A stretch of 64,000 bases of DNA from Thermodesulfobacteriota bacterium. GTDB lineage: Bacteria > Desulfobacterota > QYQD01. The translations under genes and the position numbers were made by a program. Below are positions 1 through 9,196 of this stretch, one piece after another (the first letter of the stretch is position 1; every line of letters starts with the position of its first letter). The stretch lies in contig JAVHLC010000002.1 in assembly GCA_031082315.1 (NCBI GenBank), positions 147,362 to 211,361 on the forward strand, read 5' to 3'. The notes below the pieces were generated by a model that worked only from the letters and a program-made list of their open reading frames with translations, was not told the origin of the DNA and made no database searches.

Positions 1-554
1 CCTGTGCGCGCCACTTCTAAAATCTCCCGGCTTATATCCGTGGCCATAATTTTTATTTTCCAGGACGGGTACTGCCCCCAGAACGTGTTCGTAGTAATGG
101 CTACGGTATATACCTCTTCACCGGTAGAGCAGCCGGCGCACCAGACAGCTAATCTTCTGACACCGTTTTTTTCTCCTTCTTGCAGAAGGTGGGGGAAAAC
201 TACATCATTTAGGAATTCGAAATGGTGTTTTTCTCTGTAGAAATGCGTGGTGTGAGTAGTTAAACAATCAACGGCCCTGGCCAGTTCGTTCTCAGCATCC
301 GGGGCATGCCGCAGATATTGAGTATAGGCATCGATCGATTTCAGCCCTAAGGATTTAAAACGGCTGTTTAATCTGGATGTGAATAACATCTCCTTATGTT
401 CAGGCAAAAAGATACCTGTTTTTTCTTCTATTAGTTTTTGGAGGGGCTTGAAGTTCGCCTCGGTCGAAGATACGCCTGGGCGTGCGAATCTGCCCGTGGC
501 ATGACCCGCGTCGTTTTCTTCAGAAAGATCACGGCCGTCCTTAAGCGGTTGCAT
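1..554 (-). CDS. cheR: Chemotaxis protein methyltransferase CheR (3' end runs off the window start)
   Basis: Not in the ORF track. Manual translation from ATG at 554 gives MQPLKDG...LTTHTTHFYREKHHF...VWCAGCSTGEEVYT...IMATDIS, the CheR motifs. Overlaps the cheW stop. Confidence 0.93.
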   Translation of the reverse strand, partial: MQPLKDGRDLSEENDAGHATGRFARPGVSSTEANFKPLQKLIEEKTGIFLPEHKEMLFTSRLNSRFKSLGLKSIDAYTQYLRHAPDAENELARAVDCLTTHTTHFYREKHHFEFLNDVVFPHLLQEGEKNGVRRLAVWCAGCSTGEEVYTVAITTNTFWGQYPSWKIKIMATDISREILEVART

Positions 555-990
555 CCAGTTCTTCCAATTCCTTTTCATCCAGAATTCGTTCCAGATCCAG
601 TAAGATGATTAAACGGTCACCCTGTTGGGCCACGGCTTTTATATATTCCGTCCGTATGGAAGGAGAAAGCCTGGGTGTAAGCAAGATTTCTGCCGGGCTG
701 AGCGAGATGACGTCTGAGGTAGTGTCTACGATAATGCCCATGATACGCCCCGCGATTTCCAGGACAAATATAACGGAAAATTTGTTGTATTCCTTTGGTG
801 GCAGATTAAACTTGAGCCTCAAGTCAAAGATGGGAAATATAACACCGCGCAAGTTAACCATCCCCTTTACAATATCTTTAACCCCGGGTACCCGGGTAAA
901 ACGGCGATAGCCGATGATTTCTCTTATCTTATTAATTTCTATCCCGTATTCTTCGTCATCAAGATAAAAGGTTATATACTGTTCTTCCAT
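541..990 (-). CDS. cheW: CheW coupling protein
   Basis: YITFYLDDEEYGIEI, VKGMVNLRGVIFPIFDLR, IILLDLERIL. Confidence 0.95.
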   Translation of the reverse strand: MEEQYITFYLDDEEYGIEINKIREIIGYRRFTRVPGVKDIVKGMVNLRGVIFPIFDLRLKFNLPPKEYNKFSVIFVLEIAGRIMGIIVDTTSDVISLSPAEILLTPRLSPSIRTEYIKAVAQQGDRLIILLDLERILDEKELEELDATA

Positions 991-1005
991 GTGGACTTTG
1001 GCTCC

Positions 1006-3312
1006 TTAGAATTCTTCAAAACCTTCCTCCATGTTGAGATCTGCTTCTTCCGGGGATATCTCTTTAAGCACGGCCTTTTGCAACATATCTTGACGTAAAG
1101 GCCTTTTTACCGGGGGCATAGTCCCCCTTTTTTCTCTCCCGGTGAGGGTTGCCGGAGTCAACGTCTCTTCCTCTATGGAATCTTCATCTGCCCCGGCCAC
1201 AGAAAATTCCTTGGTTAACTTTTTCAGGAGCGCGGCCTTAGCCGCCAGCGTTTGACTAGCGCCTGCTAATTGTTCAACCAGAGCGGCATTTTGCTGTACA
1301 ACATCCCCCATATCGGTAACAGCCTGATTCACTTGCTCAATACTGCGTGATTGTTCCTGAGTAGCCGCCGAGACCTCAGAAACGGCCTCGGACACGGCAG
1401 TGATGCATCCGGTTATCTTTTCCAGACTGCTGCCGGTTTGACCGACTAACTTATGGCTTTCTTCAATCTTAGCCATACTGTCATGGATGAGATTCTGTAT
1501 ATCTTTAGCTGCCTCCCCGCTTCTCTTGGAAAGATTGCGTATTTCCGTGGCTACCACCGCAAAACCGCGGCCGTGTTCACCGGCCCGGGCGGCCTCCACC
1601 GCGGCATTAAGGGCCAGGAGATTGGTCTGAAAGGTGATCTCGTTAACCAGGTCCATAATTTCTACAATTTTTTTGCTGGCGGTCCACACCTCAGTCATGG
1701 CATGGACCGTCTCTTTCACTACTGATGTTCCTTCCTGCGCCAGGGTCACGGATTCCTGAGCCAACTGGTTGACCTTCATGGTATTGGCAGCGTTCTGGCT
1801 GACATTGGCGGTCATTTGTTCGAGGGTGGCGCCGGCTTCTTCTATAGTGGCCGCCTGCTCCTGAGTCCGCTGCGACAGGTCCTGATTACCCGCGGAGATC
1901 TGATTTGTCCCCCGGGCCACAATTTCCGCAGTCCTTTTTGTCTGCTTTATGAGCGAGCCAATCTTCTCGAACATCTCGTTGACCTTGTCTGCCAGCCTGT
2001 CCATGAGGTCTTTTTTACCTATGGACTCTACTCTGGCCGTGAGATCTCCCCCGGCGGCCTTGTCCAGGACATTGAGCAGATTGTCCACCCGTCCTTCCAG
2101 ATACCGCCTTTGCTCCTCTTCCTTAGCGGCTGTTTCTTTGAGAATCTTTTCTGCCTCGACCCTGGCGGTAATGTCATGGAATATCTTGAAACCTCCCAGT
2201 ACCTTGCCGCTGGAGTCTTTAAGAACGGCGGCACTGGCCTCTATAGGAATAGTTTCCCCATGACGGTTAGTGATTTCACAATACACCCTTCCCCCCGCCT
2301 GGCCTGTTTCCATGCTTCTTTTTAATCCGCAGTCGGTCTTGCAGATGTTGCTGTTGAAGACGTTCCAGCACTTTACTTTGCCTTCCACTTCTTCTCTTTG
2401 GTATCCGGTTGTGGCCGCAGCGGCATCGTTCATATAGGTTATGGTAAGATCCGGATCGACAACGAAGAATGGATCGCTGATCCCGAGCTTCAGACTGTTC
2501 GCATATTCTATCCTGTCGCGCAGGTGTCGCAGCATGATATTGAAGTTTTTATTCAACGTCTCTATGGAGTCTTCGCCCCTCACCTCGATATTTACATCTA
2601 CGTCTCCTTCCGCTACCTGTTTTGCCTTATCGGCCAGATAGTGGATGCGCCGCGTGATGAGGCGGGTTATCAGATAGTTAAGGATTACAACCAAAGATAT
2701 GACTCCCAGCGCTCCGGCCATGATATACCGGTTTCTAAGAGAGGCAATAGAGGCATAATCAGCGGCTACGGATTGACGCACCACCAGAGAGCCCAGCACC
2801 CTTTTGGCCGGGGCATGGCAGTTGTAACAAGCCGGTTCATTAAGAATGGGATGAAAAATAAGGTTATATGGTTCGCCATTTATAGTCTGCAGGAATGGCC
2901 GTTTGGGATCAACGCCGGTAGAAAGTATATTGCTCAGGTTTTTTGTGAGTTCGGTATCCGCTAATAGATCCCCGAGCTTGGCCCCAACTGTTTCTTCATG
3001 ACTGGCATAGACTACGGTCTGGTCGGCATCCGTTATATAAACCTCTACCCCCTTCATGGCCGTTTTGATGTCCCTTAGTTGTTCCCTGACCGCGTCCATA
3101 TTACCGATGGCCATGGGGTGTTTTATCCCCGCGTGCGTCATGTCCGCCAGTTCCAGTTCAAACCGCGTCACTTTATTCAGGACATCCTCTCTATGACTAT
3201 TAACGCCAATGTATATAAGGACACCCGTAAAAAGCGCCGAGGTCAAGATTAGCGTGATCAGGATCTTGAAGCGCAAATTTTTGTTTATGTAGGATTGAAG
3301 GAACTTAAGCAT
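1006..3312 (-). CDS. Methyl-accepting chemotaxis protein: TM - periplasmic heme-c sensor (CYNCH) - TM - HAMP - PAS - HAMP - MA domain
   Basis: [30 protein letters not shown] signalling hairpin, two TM helices, CYNCH between them, PAS with CWNVFNSNICKTDC. Start moved to the ATG at 3312 (MLKFLQ) to avoid overlapping cheA. Confidence 0.92.
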   Translation of the reverse strand: MLKFLQSYINKNLRFKILITLILTSALFTGVLIYIGVNSHREDVLNKVTRFELELADMTHAGIKHPMAIGNMDAVREQLRDIKTAMKGVEVYITDADQTVVYASHEETVGAKLGDLLADTELTKNLSNILSTGVDPKRPFLQTINGEPYNLIFHPILNEPACYNCHAPAKRVLGSLVVRQSVAADYASIASLRNRYIMAGALGVISLVVILNYLITRLITRRIHYLADKAKQVAEGDVDVNIEVRGEDSIETLNKNFNIMLRHLRDRIEYANSLKLGISDPFFVVDPDLTITYMNDAAAATTGYQREEVEGKVKCWNVFNSNICKTDCGLKRSMETGQAGGRVYCEITNRHGETIPIEASAAVLKDSSGKVLGGFKIFHDITARVEAEKILKETAAKEEEQRRYLEGRVDNLLNVLDKAAGGDLTARVESIGKKDLMDRLADKVNEMFEKIGSLIKQTKRTAEIVARGTNQISAGNQDLSQRTQEQAATIEEAGATLEQMTANVSQNAANTMKVNQLAQESVTLAQEGTSVVKETVHAMTEVWTASKKIVEIMDLVNEITFQTNLLALNAAVEAARAGEHGRGFAVVATEIRNLSKRSGEAAKDIQNLIHDSMAKIEESHKLVGQTGSSLEKITGCITAVSEAVSEVSAATQEQSRSIEQVNQAVTDMGDVVQQNAALVEQLAGASQTLAAKAALLKKLTKEFSVAGADEDSIEEETLTPATLTGREKRGTMPPVKRPLRQDMLQKAVLKEISPEEADLNMEEGFEEF

Positions 3313-3337
3313 GGGAATACCCCCCCTTTTTTTTGTT

Positions 3338-5479
3338 TCAATGGACTGGTTCATGGACCCGGCCTCGATCAAAAAATAGATGATCCAGACCATACACGTC
3401 CAGAACAAGGGCTACGCTGCCATCGGGCATAATAGCGCCCCCGGCAATCCCGGAAATTCTACAGAAATTTTTCTCCAGGTTTTTAATTACGACCTGCTGG
3501 TGATCGAGTATTTCGTCCACAACCAGGCCCAGGATCTTTTTTTCGCTACTTACAAAAACGACCAATGGTTCTGTATCTGTCTGCCGGCGGTCTATACCCA
3601 GGACTCTATCCAGGCGGATGAGCGGCACGCATGAGTCCCCCAAACGTATTACCTCACCCTTGCCTTCAATGGTCTTTAAGTTGCCTTTTTCAAGCTTGGC
3701 TGTGCTTAGAACGGTTAGCAAGGGTATGACAAAAATATCGTCCCCTATGCCAACATACATACCATCAATAACCGCCAGGGTTAAAGGGAGCTTTATGACG
3801 AAGGTAGCTCCTTTGCCTTTTTCGGAAAAGACATCGATCATCCCTCCCAATTGCTGAATGTTATTCTGTACTACGTCCATCCCTACCCCGCGGCCGGATA
3901 TGGAACTGATCTCTTTAGCAGTGGAAAATCCGGGGATAAATAGGAACTTGTAAATCTCTTCAGGCAAGGGCTGGTCGTTTTCTTTAATCAGGCCCTTTTC
4001 TATAGCCTTTCGCCGCACTGCTTCGGCGTCGATACCCCGGCCATCATCCTTAATTTCAATGTATATCTTGCCTTCCTGCTGGTAAGCATTAAGGCTGATG
4101 ATTCCCTCCGGGGATTTGCCCGACCGTTTCCTCTCCTCAGGGACTTCGATCCCGTGGTCAATGCAATTGCGTATCAGGTGCTTTAAGGGGTCGTTTATCT
4201 GTTCAATAACATCTTTGTCCAGTTCCGTTTCTCCTCCACCCAGGACAATCTTAACCTGCTTATGGTGCTCCCGGGCCAGGTCCCGGGCCATTCTTTGAAA
4301 CCTTTGAAATGTGCCTTCGATAGGAAACATGCGAAGACGCATAACCTGTTCCTGCACCTCCCGGCCGATCCTGTTCAGGATATCCGGCTCACCGCCCAAT
4401 TTTCTGGTGACATCCGGCGGCAAATTCCCCAGGATGGCGGAGATTCGCGCCATTTGTATGGTCATTTCTTCCACCATATTTGCGAGCTGGTCGAGCTTAT
4501 CTGTATCTACGCGTACCGTGGACTTACGCAGGACCGTCCGGCTTTTTTCCTGGAGGTCAACGATCTTGTTTAGTTCATCCGGAGAGATTTTGCCCTTTTC
4601 TAATAAAGCCTCCCCAACCTTTTTCTGCTGGGTGAGGACTTCTTGTATTTCCTGCTCGCTGACCAGTTTTTGATCAATTAATATCTCTCCCAGCGGCTTG
4701 TCAGCCATTCTGGTGTCCACCCCGTCCCGAAAATGTGATGATACGTCTCTTATGGAAACCTGGTTTAATTCATCTTCCTGGACAAAGACGAATACCTTTT
4801 CTATGGTGGGCAGGGGCCGGTCGGTTTTGATCAGGAGCCGCCAGGCAAGGTAAAGCTGAAAGGGGTCCATCTCCAGAAATGGCGGCAGAGAAGACAGGTC
4901 TGTCTCTACGGATATTATCTCAGCCAAATCTCCCAGTTCATACAGCAGCATCAGCGGATCCTGTCCGGTCTGGAAGATGTCCTTGCGAAAGCGCATATCA
5001 ATCTCGTAATAAGATCCCTTGGAGGATTCCTTCTGGCCGCCGGACATGCCGGTAGTTATCGGCGCAGTTGCCCGGCCTTCTTCTTGTTCTGCGGCTAGGC
5101 CCATGAACCGTTTTACTTTTTCGGCCATGGACGAAAAGGCATCCAGCCCTGCGTCCGGCTTTCCCTGGGAAGCATTTTCCACCGCCGATTTTATAACATC
5201 ATGGTTTTCCAGGAGAAAGGAGACCAGGTTTTGGGTTATAGGCAGTTGTTTGCTGCGTATCCTTTCCATGAGGTTTTCCAGGAGATGGGCGTGTTCAGAG
5301 AGCTGGGTAAAGCCGACCATAGCCGAGCTGCTCTTCATAGTGTGCATCGCCCGGAAGACCTCGTTAATAACGGACTGATTTTGCGGATCGGATTCTAAGG
5401 TCATCAGGCCGTGTTCCATGTTTTGCAACAATTCTTCCGCTTCTGAAAAATATATCTGTAAAAGCTCGTCCTGTTCCAT
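3338..5479 (-). CDS. cheA: Chemotaxis histidine kinase CheA with an internal MshEN-like repeat
   Basis: Hpt (FRAMHTMKSSS), HATPase (HLIRNCIDHGIE, DDGRGID, GFSTA, SGRGVGMDVV), C-terminal CheW domain. Confidence 0.96.
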   Translation of the reverse strand: MEQDELLQIYFSEAEELLQNMEHGLMTLESDPQNQSVINEVFRAMHTMKSSSAMVGFTQLSEHAHLLENLMERIRSKQLPITQNLVSFLLENHDVIKSAVENASQGKPDAGLDAFSSMAEKVKRFMGLAAEQEEGRATAPITTGMSGGQKESSKGSYYEIDMRFRKDIFQTGQDPLMLLYELGDLAEIISVETDLSSLPPFLEMDPFQLYLAWRLLIKTDRPLPTIEKVFVFVQEDELNQVSIRDVSSHFRDGVDTRMADKPLGEILIDQKLVSEQEIQEVLTQQKKVGEALLEKGKISPDELNKIVDLQEKSRTVLRKSTVRVDTDKLDQLANMVEEMTIQMARISAILGNLPPDVTRKLGGEPDILNRIGREVQEQVMRLRMFPIEGTFQRFQRMARDLAREHHKQVKIVLGGGETELDKDVIEQINDPLKHLIRNCIDHGIEVPEERKRSGKSPEGIISLNAYQQEGKIYIEIKDDGRGIDAEAVRRKAIEKGLIKENDQPLPEEIYKFLFIPGFSTAKEISSISGRGVGMDVVQNNIQQLGGMIDVFSEKGKGATFVIKLPLTLAVIDGMYVGIGDDIFVIPLLTVLSTAKLEKGNLKTIEGKGEVIRLGDSCVPLIRLDRVLGIDRRQTDTEPLVVFVSSEKKILGLVVDEILDHQQVVIKNLEKNFCRISGIAGGAIMPDGSVALVLDVYGLDHLFFDRGRVHEPVH

Positions 5480-5488
5480 AGTCTATTC

Positions 5489-5866
5489 TCAACGAACAAA
5501 CTTTCTTACGACCCAGAGGAGTTGTTCCGGCCGGAAAGGTTTCAAGAGCCAGCCGGCGGCTCCGGCAGACTTTCCTCTCAATTTCTGCGCCTCTTGTGAT
5601 TCGGTGGTCAGAACAAGAATCGGGATAAACTTCCAGTTTGTTTTTTTGACTTCTTTTATAAAGGTTATGCCGTCCATTTCGGGCATATTCACGTCTGAGA
5701 TAATCAACGCCGGCGGCTTTTTTTGGGACTCCATCTCTTGCAGCCTGACGAGCCCGTCCTTGCCGTTCACAGCCTCGGATACCCTATATCCGGCGTTGTT
5801 CAGGCAAAAAGAGATGCTGGCGCGCAGAGTGGGTGAATCATCAACTACCAGGACATGTTTTTCCAT
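5489..5866 (-). CDS. cheY: CheY response regulator
   Basis: VLVVDDS, ISDVNMPEMDG, LTTES, WLLKPF. Likely start MEKHVL at 5866. Confidence 0.92.
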   Translation of the reverse strand: MEKHVLVVDDSPTLRASISFCLNNAGYRVSEAVNGKDGLVRLQEMESQKKPPALIISDVNMPEMDGITFIKEVKKTNWKFIPILVLTTESQEAQKLRGKSAGAAGWLLKPFRPEQLLWVVRKFVR

Positions 5867-5877
5867 ATGGCGTCCAC

Positions 5878-6180
5878 CTATTCTTTCAGGATCATCTGTT
5901 TGACCCCGATTATTTCCCAAACCTTTTCCAAGTCGGGCGGTATATTTTTAATGGTCAGCCTGTGACCTTCGGTAAGAGATTTTTTGAAGGCTATCAGTAC
6001 CTGTATAGCCGCTGTATCCATCTGCACGACTTCCTGACAGTCTATAGTCAGATCCTGCTCCAGCACAAACCGATCCTTCAGGCACTCATATAAGTCGTCA
6101 AGATGGTGGACGCCTATCTCGCCACGCAACTTAATAATGCCTTCTGCCTGTTCCTGACATGGAGAATACGCATCAGCCAT
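5878..6180 (-). CDS. STAS-domain protein heading the che operon
   Basis: IKLRGEIG...IDCQEVVQMDTAAIQVL STAS_2-like motif; STAS-cheY-cheA gene order. Confidence 0.8.
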   Translation of the reverse strand: MADAYSPCQEQAEGIIKLRGEIGVHHLDDLYECLKDRFVLEQDLTIDCQEVVQMDTAAIQVLIAFKKSLTEGHRLTIKNIPPDLEKVWEIIGVKQMILKE

Positions 6181-6221
6181 TGAATTCTCGCAGTCTTACA
6201 TTTCTAATGGTTCATTATGGC

Positions 6222-6248
6222 TTTTCGGCTAATGGGAGGACTTACTTA
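6222..6248 (-). promoter_or_regulatory. Putative sigma28 (FliA) promoter of the che operon
   Basis: Minus strand TAAGTAAG-N11-GCCGAAAA versus consensus TAAAGTTT-N11-GCCGATAA, about 40 bp upstream of the STAS gene. Confidence 0.5.
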
Positions 6249-6490
6249 AACGAAAAGGGGGTTTTTTCTATCTCAGTTTACGGGGACGGACGTGGGGTAA
6301 AATAAAAGCTGTATTCTCGGTCATCCATATTCAAAGTCCGTATTTATTTCAGGCTCTTTTGTTATTAGCCATACGTGCCGATCTGTTAAACTAATGAGCG
6401 CCCCCACTTAGTCAGGTATAAGGTCTTCGAAGGGAAATACCCGGATCAAAAACTTGCTTGCAGGAATATTACAGGAGTAGCTATCCAATA

Positions 6491-6542
6491 TTGAAGCTCC
6501 CCGCAGCAAGCTGCGGGAAATGCGCTCGCTATGCATGTTCAA
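6491..6542 (+). repeat. Dispersed hairpin repeat A (TTGAAGCTCCCCGCAGCAAGCTGCGGGAAATGCGCTCGCTATGCATGTTCAA), IS200/IS605-end-like
   Basis: Related inverted copies at 9100-9188 and 13808-13852; GC hairpin CCCGCAGC-AA-GCTGCGGG. Confidence 0.65.
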
Positions 6543-6626
6543 GAAAAAACACAGAAGAGTGGGGGCACTATGAACGCTCTACACGAACGTACGCACATGG
6601 ACGGAAAAGGAGGAAAAGAGGAAAAA

Positions 6627-7046
6627 ATGGACATAACGATCTTGTTAGCCGATGATTCAAAGTTGGTTCAAGCCAAGTTCAGGTTGGCACTGGAAAAGGC
6701 AGGGTTTCAAGTTATCAGTGCCCTCGACGGCAAAGAAGGGCTGAGTATTGCCAGGGAAAAGAAGCCGGATCTCATTATCCTGGATGTGAATATGCCGGGG
6801 ATGGACGGTTGGCAGGTCCTTCGCTCTTTAAAGATTCATCCTGAATTGCGCAAGATACCCGTCATTATGGCTACGACTGCGGACAAGATTGCCGACATAG
6901 AACGGGGTTTTTCTCTGGGCGCAAAAGAATACGTCGTCAAGGACGAGCAACTCACCCGTTTGGTCGACAAGGTTGAAAAAGTGATGGCAAGCCAGAAACC
7001 TGAGACAAAAGTTGAAGGGAGCTGGGTAAAAAAAATGTTCTCGTAA
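6627..7046 (+). CDS. Stand-alone receiver-domain response regulator
   Basis: ILLADDS, IILDVNMPGMDG, MAT, YVVK; GAGG upstream of the ATG at 6627. Confidence 0.9.
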   Translation: MDITILLADDSKLVQAKFRLALEKAGFQVISALDGKEGLSIAREKKPDLIILDVNMPGMDGWQVLRSLKIHPELRKIPVIMATTADKIADIERGFSLGAKEYVVKDEQLTRLVDKVEKVMASQKPETKVEGSWVKKMFS

Positions 7047-7215
7047 GACTTCGTCTGAAGAGTAACCAAGGGATTGCCTTAGAAACAAGCTCGTTTGATA
7101 CACGTCTAAAGGCCTGCAATCCCCCCACCAGTTTCGGCCGACGAGCTTGATCCCGGCTGGTTTCTGCATAGGAAAGGTAACGCCTTCTCGCCAAAACAGG
7201 ACAGCACATATTTTG

Positions 7216-7310
7216 TACCCTGCGAGGAGCCGCCTTCGAAGTGATCGAGACCGAGCCTTTTTTCATCGGCCGAAGACTAGAAAACACTATATCTCTATGT
7301 AACGCCCGTC
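7216..7310 (-). pseudogene. Degenerate IS701-family transposase remnant
   Basis: Minus-strand peptide KRLGLDHFEGGSSQG resembles the IS701 motif ELGLDH(F/Y)EGRSW.G; preceded by RYIEI*CF with stops and frameshift. Confidence 0.45.
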
Positions 7311-7612
7311 CATACAAAAAAGCAATGCACCGGCTGTTTTTCGCACTATGGTCCGGGTGCAGCGTCAGCTCAGGTTCCGCTTTGGGGTGTCGCCGGAGAA
7401 AAGGCCCGCGGACAATCTGACAAATGTGCCTGAATCCAAACAGGTAGCATCATAAGGGGGTGTGGCATGGGAACAATTGTTCTCTTTTAGTGGAATTGTT
7501 TTTCCACTGGTCCAATCCCTTTCTCCCTCTGTCGCGGTAATCGTCTTAGCCATCATTTCCATTGACAACGTAATAACAACATGTTAGCGTCTTTCGGTAA
7601 TGTCCATGCCAT

Positions 7613-7628
7613 TGGCACTCCATTTGCA
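7613..7628 (+). promoter_or_regulatory. Sigma54 (-24/-12) promoter
   Basis: TGGCAC-TCCAT-TTGCA, exact consensus spacing, 75 bp upstream of the cytochrome ATG. Confidence 0.8.
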
Positions 7629-7702
7629 TTAGCTACGATTCATCGACGTCGTCAGCTTTACCGTGTAAAGCAGCATCCGCAGGCCGCCTCAGGAGTAGCA
7701 TT

Positions 7703-8872
7703 ATGGTCATGCCCAAGGACCGGACGAAATCAGGCATCAAGATACCCCGGCAAAAGGCACTCACATTCGCGGCGACTTTAATCTTTTCCCTTGTCCTGAT
7801 CCTATCGCTCCCACCCGCCGCTTCCGCCAGAGTGACGGGACCATGTGCCAACTGCCACACCATGCACAACAGTCAGGGGGGACTTCCGGTAGCGCCCGGA
7901 GGCCCCTACGGCCAACTACTGGTAGGCGACTGTGTGGGCTGCCATTCTGCCACCGACGGCGCGACCTGGAAAGATCCGGTAACCGGCGCTCCTATTGTCA
8001 ATAATACCGGCCAGCCCTCCTACGGCAGTCAAGGTCTCGCCGGCGGGAATTTCTATTGGGTAACGGTAAGCGACGGGAACGGGCACAACGTGTTTCCGGC
8101 TAATCCCGATGACGTCCTGATGAGCGCCCCCGGGGAAGCGTACGTAGGCGGCGGCTGTGGCACAAACGTTTGCCATAGCAATCTCCATCTTCCTTTTCAG
8201 ACTTCTTCCGAATTCGAGCCCATTCATGGCTACCTGAACGGGCGATCCGGCTGCACCGGCTGCCATATGGTATCCGGCTTCAACAAGTTCAGTCAAATCA
8301 AGAGTTGGCATCATACCAGTGTTACAGATGGGGTGGCGGATAGCGCTGCAGAGGGATGGTACCGGTTTCTGTCGGGCCATTTCAGCGGTTACCAGTACGG
8401 AGTCGCAGGCATAGAGGATGGCGACTGGCAATACACCAGCAGTGCCAGTGACCATAATGAGTACCTGGGTAAGCAGGTCGCCAGCGGGACTGGTGGTTTC
8501 GTCTCCATAGCAGGGAACACGGCCACGGCCTTCTGCTGTGGCTGTCACGGAAATTTCCACATCAAGAGACAGGGAGGGGCCTGGATACGACACCCCGTAG
8601 ATCGTAAGATACCGGCGTCCGGTGAATACGCCGACGCTTTCGGTGCCGCCACCGGCACCGCGACGTATGACCCCATCGTCCCCGTAGCCCGACCCACACT
8701 CGCCGCGGTCAGTGACACGGTAACCATAGGCACGGACATGGTCATGTGTCTCTCCTGCCATAGGGCCCACGCCAGCCCCTATCCTGACATGCTTCGATGG
8801 GACTACGCGACTATCCAGGCCGACGGTGGAGGAACCGGCGGCTGCTTCCAATGTCACACGAGCAAGAATTAG
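7703..8872 (+). CDS. Secreted OmcS-like multiheme cytochrome c, paralogue 1 (6 CxxCH + one CX4CH)
   Basis: Signal peptide; CANCHTMHNSQGG, LAGGNF, GHN, WYRFL, RHP, CLSCHRAHAS, CFQCH in the order seen in Geobacter OmcS. Confidence 0.88.
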   Translation: MVMPKDRTKSGIKIPRQKALTFAATLIFSLVLILSLPPAASARVTGPCANCHTMHNSQGGLPVAPGGPYGQLLVGDCVGCHSATDGATWKDPVTGAPIVNNTGQPSYGSQGLAGGNFYWVTVSDGNGHNVFPANPDDVLMSAPGEAYVGGGCGTNVCHSNLHLPFQTSSEFEPIHGYLNGRSGCTGCHMVSGFNKFSQIKSWHHTSVTDGVADSAAEGWYRFLSGHFSGYQYGVAGIEDGDWQYTSSASDHNEYLGKQVASGTGGFVSIAGNTATAFCCGCHGNFHIKRQGGAWIRHPVDRKIPASGEYADAFGAATGTATYDPIVPVARPTLAAVSDTVTIGTDMVMCLSCHRAHASPYPDMLRWDYATIQADGGGTGGCFQCHTSKN

Positions 8873-8983
8873 AATCTCGACAGGAGGCGTTAACAAAATC
8901 CAGGGGAACACCATGGGGGCTTTATTGACTACATTGAATAAGTGCGATAATGGAATCTTGAACAATGAAAAAGAGGGCCGGGC

Positions 8984-9022
8984 ATGCCCCGACAGGCACG
9001 GTTTGATGCGCCTGGGACGCTT
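8984..9022 (+). pseudogene. N-terminal remnant of a REP-associated tyrosine transposase (Y1_Tnp/RAYT)
   Basis: ATG-initiated MPRQARFDAPGTL matches the typical MPRQARLDAPGTLHH RAYT N-terminus, then degenerates. Confidence 0.55.
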
Positions 9023-9099
9023 TTCTTCTATGTAAAGAATGGCCAGGCCAACTCGAATTCCACCCGCCGCAGGCAGACATCAAATGGTGCACTTACAAT

Positions 9100-9188
9100 T
9101 TGAACATGCATAGCGAGCGAATACGATGCATTTTACCTTGCATACGGAGATTCCCCGTCCGCCCCAGGCGGACTGCGGGAAGCTTCAA
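9100..9188 (-). repeat. Dispersed hairpin repeat A, copy 2 (with internal insertion)
   Basis: TTGAACATGCATAGCGAGCG...CTGCGGGAAGCTTCAA, the reverse complement of the ends of 6491-6542. Confidence 0.65.
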
Positions 9189-9196
9189 TTCACCTG

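Noticed and set aside
7365-7568. 67-aa minus-strand ORF upstream of the sigma54 promoter
   Set aside because: No recognisable motif; probably regulatory DNA or part of the decayed IS remnant.
7916-8965. 349-aa antisense ORF, plus other long antisense ORFs (9857-10582, 11734-12552, 12556-13608, 53204-53821, 55663-56280)
   Set aside because: Shadows of well-supported genes on the opposite strand, with no recognisable motifs.
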